From an uncultured Pseudomonadales bacterium (GTDB lineage Bacteria; Patescibacteriota; Microgenomatia; UBA1400; PJMF01), in NCBI GenBank assembly GCA_964491115.1, contig CAZBEW010000004.1, positions 1 through 61,416 on the forward strand: 61,416 nt of DNA, written 5' to 3'. Under the pieces are notes generated by a model. It made no database searches and was not told the origin of the DNA. It saw nothing but the letters and a program-made list of their open reading frames with translations. Each line of letters begins with the position of its first letter. Position 1 is the first letter of the stretch. The position numbers were made by a program, and so were the translations under genes. This document shows positions 58,692 through 61,416 of this stretch, piece after piece.

Positions 58692-59315
58692 TTATTTGAT
58701 TATTGATTCCAACAGTTCAATTACCTCATTTTCTGCAAGACCAACTGTTTCAATGTCGAAGTTTAAGCCCTGATAACTAAAAGTGGAAATATACATTTCA
58801 TTATAATTTCCTATTTTTACTTCTATTCCTTTTATTTTTGAAACTTCAAGTGGCTCATCACCTAGGAAATAATCTCTTAATGGCTCAAAATCTTTGGAAA
58901 AAGCAACAATGATGTGTTTTTCAATTAAACCATCATTACTTGGCTCACTTTCATAATTCACAACATAATCATGCAATATGTTGTATGGAGCATTTTGATA
59001 ATCTTCCTTGTTTTCATCAAGTTTTTTGGTATATATCAAATATTTTGATTTAATTGTCAAACTACTAGGCACTTTTATATCATCTAGAAAAGTATACTCA
59101 GTAAATCTTTCTTTAACGTTTATATCAGTATCATATTTAATGTCTGCATCTAAATTTGCAGCTGCGATTTCTTTTAGATAATTTATTTTAATTGTATTAG
59201 CAGACGGTGTTGTAAAACTTTTTTCTTTCTTATTTTTAAATACAAATATTCCAGCAATAATTAATAAAAGACATATGGGAATTAAGAAAGATCTAAACCA
59301 TTTATTGTTTTTCAT
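58692..59315 (-). CDS. AT-rich single-TM hypothetical protein (cassette gene)
   Basis: Perfect AGGAGGA SD (59321-59327) before ATG 59315; N-terminal TM; lies between att copy B and the tRNA. Confidence 0.8.
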   Translation of the reverse strand: MKNNKWFRSFLIPICLLLIIAGIFVFKNKKEKSFTTPSANTIKINYLKEIAAANLDADIKYDTDINVKERFTEYTFLDDIKVPSSLTIKSKYLIYTKKLDENKEDYQNAPYNILHDYVVNYESEPSNDGLIEKHIIVAFSKDFEPLRDYFLGDEPLEVSKIKGIEVKIGNYNEMYISTFSYQGLNFDIETVGLAENEVIELLESIIK

Positions 59316-59345
59316 TTTATTCCTCCTTTTTATCAAGAAAAAGTG

Positions 59346-59416
59346 AGCGGGTGACCAGAATCGAACTGGCCTCTTCTCCTTGGAAGGGAGATATACTACC
59401 GATGTACTACACCCGC
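59346..59416 (-). tRNA. tRNA-Gly(TCC)
   Basis: GCGGGTG/CACCCGC acceptor, TCTCC-CTTCCAA-GGAGA, AGTTCGATTCT; CCA not encoded. Confidence 0.95.
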
Positions 59417-59498
59417 GCTTGCCTAATGCGTAAGTTGCTGCTTAGCAAATTACTGCTCAGCAAACTCAGTTAACATTCTAAATGATTGTTATGGCAAA

Positions 59499-60485
59499 TC
59501 AAGGCGATATTTTTTTTAAAGCTTTTTTTAGTGCACTAGCTTGAATAGTTGGCAAATCGCTAGCATCCACAAAACCAAACTGCGCAAAGGGTCCTGGATC
59601 GCCTTTCAACACAAAAGGGGTAACTGCCACAACCCGCTCGTCACTCCAAATATTTTTGAGCGCATAGGCATAATAATCGCTTAAATAAAAATTGATCATG
59701 TAGCTTGATTTCCAGCCAGTTTCAGTAATAAATGTTTGAAAATCTCGACCCGTTTTGTTTTTTAAAAAATTTAATTCATAAATAAAGCCTTTTAAAGAAT
59801 TTTGCCCATTGGTCTTGGGCGAGGCTGAAAAGTTTGGATTTGGATAAGAATGAGAATTCCAATAGTCAATGTAAGTAAAAATCTCTGGGTCAACACGAAG
59901 CATTGTTTCTAAATAGCTAAAAGCTTCCATGGTTGGAAAAGTATTGGCAGTTGCTAAATCCAGTGCTGCTGGCAAAACTTTATAATTTAAACCCTCACTA
60001 CGCAACCAATTACTAGTAAATTTTAAAACCTGCGTGTAAGCAAGCGGATCAATTTTGCCACCCCATTCTTGAGCGTGATTAACTTCATTAAAAACGACCA
60101 CTAATTTTTCCTTTCGATGCCAATTTAAACTTGATAAAAAAGCAACCAAATTAACAATTTCTTTGCGCGTGGGGATTGTCCAATGGTGTTGCTCACTGTC
60201 ATAGCTGGTCGCTAAACGAATAATCGGAATCAATTTAAGCCGATAAGCTTCATCAAAAAATTGTTGCCAGCGTTGCCAATCTTGCGTATCGCTAGTAGCT
60301 AGGGGAATGGTGATGTAGCGCCACTCATCATCCTCAAAAATCATGCGCACTTGCTTAAGTTCTTCTGGTTGCAAAATATGCATGCCTAAAACATCATTTT
60401 TTGCCCAAACGTCTTTTATGCCAAGTGCTAAAAAACAGAGCAAAATAAAAAGATTCAATAATATTTTAGATTGATGTTTCAACAT
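59499..60485 (-). CDS. Exported clan GH-A-like TIM-barrel glycoside hydrolase
   Basis: Signal peptide; VVVFNEVN (acid/base) and FITETGW (nucleophile), HSYP. Confidence 0.7.
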   Translation of the reverse strand: MLKHQSKILLNLFILLCFLALGIKDVWAKNDVLGMHILQPEELKQVRMIFEDDEWRYITIPLATSDTQDWQRWQQFFDEAYRLKLIPIIRLATSYDSEQHHWTIPTRKEIVNLVAFLSSLNWHRKEKLVVVFNEVNHAQEWGGKIDPLAYTQVLKFTSNWLRSEGLNYKVLPAALDLATANTFPTMEAFSYLETMLRVDPEIFTYIDYWNSHSYPNPNFSASPKTNGQNSLKGFIYELNFLKNKTGRDFQTFITETGWKSSYMINFYLSDYYAYALKNIWSDERVVAVTPFVLKGDPGPFAQFGFVDASDLPTIQASALKKALKKISP

Positions 60486-60568
60486 TTTATTAGATTCAAT
60501 ATATCAAGAATTCTTGTTAAAGTCAATGAATTAGTATATGATAATCTCAGCAAATAATTTCTTGTATT

Positions 60569-61252
60569 ATGAAACAAGCAAAACAAAAATCTATTTTTGC
60601 GTCTTTATTTTATAGTTTATCCTGGATCTGTTTTAGTGCCGCAATAATAATTGTTACGAGTCTTGTTTACAATTCTTACTACAAGTTTAGTCCTCAGGAT
60701 CAAGAGCAGCTAGTCCTAAATCAGATCTTAGAAAATCATCAACCAGCTGCTTTAGCTCCAGCCGGACAACAAGTTCTCAGCGTGGTGGAGAGTGAAGATG
60801 CTAGAGCAGAATTGATTGCCAAATTTTTGGAAAGGCACAATTCTCCAATGACTCCTCATAATGTTTATGGGCAAAAATTGGTCGAAATTGCTGATCGACA
60901 CGGCTTAGACTTTCGTTTTTTGCCGGCAATTGCCATGCAAGAATCAAATTTATGTCGAGTCACCAATCCACAAGCGCCAAACAACTGCCTTGGTTTTGGC
61001 ATTCATAGCCGAGGAACTTTAGACTTTGATAGTTACGAAGCGGGTTTTGAGCGCGCTGCTAGGGAATTAAAACAAAATTATATTGATCAAGGTTTAGACA
61101 CGGTCACCCTAATTGAAAGCAAGTACACTCCTTCAAGTAACGGTTCTTGGGCTAATTCGGTTAATCAATGGATGGCAGAGATTCGCTATGACGATCGAGA
61201 CATGGGCCGCAGTGAAAAAGTTAACACCAATGTCCTAGAATTCGCGAATTAA
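60569..61252 (+). CDS. Membrane-anchored lysozyme-fold (glucosaminidase/SLT-like) protein
   Basis: N-terminal TM; FLPAIAMQES, NNCLGFG, KYTPSS. Confidence 0.65.
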   Translation: MKQAKQKSIFASLFYSLSWICFSAAIIIVTSLVYNSYYKFSPQDQEQLVLNQILENHQPAALAPAGQQVLSVVESEDARAELIAKFLERHNSPMTPHNVYGQKLVEIADRHGLDFRFLPAIAMQESNLCRVTNPQAPNNCLGFGIHSRGTLDFDSYEAGFERAARELKQNYIDQGLDTVTLIESKYTPSSNGSWANSVNQWMAEIRYDDRDMGRSEKVNTNVLEFAN

Positions 61253-61302
61253 AGCTTTGAAATTATTTTTTCCAGACTAAAAAATATTTATTAAAGAGAT
61301 AC

Positions 61303-61330
61303 TTGACATCCTTATAATTTTTGCTATAAT
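61303..61330 (+). promoter_or_regulatory. Consensus sigma70 promoter
   Basis: TTGACA (61303-61308), 16-nt spacer, TGcTATAAT (61322-61330). Confidence 0.85.
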
Positions 61331-61336
61331 AACATC

Positions 61337-61407
61337 ATCTCAGAAGGTTCTTCCTCACCGGGACTACGTTCTGAGCTCAAAAGATCCCGCGCTAAGCGGG
61401 TTTTTTT
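61337..61407 (+). ncRNA. Candidate ~70-nt structured RNA / attenuator leader of unknown family
   Basis: CTCAGAA/TTCTGAG hairpin 61339-61375 between a consensus promoter and a terminator; no ORF. Confidence 0.5.
61386..61407 (+). terminator. Intrinsic terminator
   Basis: CCCGC-gctaa-GCGGG-TTTTTTT. Confidence 0.85.
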
Positions 61408-61416
61408 GTGCTTAAT

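Noticed and set aside
48950-59345. Prophage or transposon call for the island
   Set aside because: No integrase, transposase, structural or replication genes are recognisable.
59435-59464. Short ctgct(t/c)agcaaa repeat upstream of tRNA-Gly
   Set aside because: Only two 12-bp copies; too little evidence of function.
61351-61364. Guanidine-IV or preQ1 riboswitch call (CACCGGGA, GGUUC)
   Set aside because: The stem around ACCG does not pair as required, the terminator loop lacks the complementary kissing sequence, and the preQ1 stem/A-tail geometry is absent.

Overview
61.4 kb of housekeeping-rich chromosome from a small-genome bacterium. Genetic code 11 (TGA is used as stop, e.g. 34654-34656). 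Gene content and order (class I LysRS, type-2 IleRS, Trm11-like gene between rplU and rpmA, split transketolase, compact dcw cluster) suggest Patescibacteria/CPR, probably Microgenomates; this is inference, no search was run. Core content: ftsL-like/pbp, parB, rplU-MTase-rpmA, rodA, ileS, murB-murA-mraY-ftsW-murG-ftsQ-ftsA-ftsZ, lepB, a flippase-GT2-ligase trio, lemA-htpX, gatCAB, dnaE, split transketolase, mutM, secA, serS, lysS(I), greA, efp-epmA, a Ca/Na antiporter, two exported glycan hydrolases and five tRNAs. Best leads: (1) a 9.6 kb integrase-free island at the tRNA-Gly(UCC) 3' end, bounded by repeated att-like copies. It encodes an uncharacterised five-gene system (1012-aa repeat protein, small protein, MoxR-type AAA+, 1049-aa vWA, LRV-like protein), and a second single-gene cassette sits between it and the tRNA. 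(2) A complete ileS T-box that joins an Actinobacteria-type ultrashort Stem I to a transcriptional terminator/antiterminator. (3) Two parS palindromes inside murB. (4) A GT-C glycosyltransferase fused to a transpeptidase-less PBP fragment. (5) A consensus promoter-hairpin-terminator unit at the window end. (6) Recurrent -10 boxes 5-11 nt before start codons, and 21-24 bp tandem duplications at gene ends.
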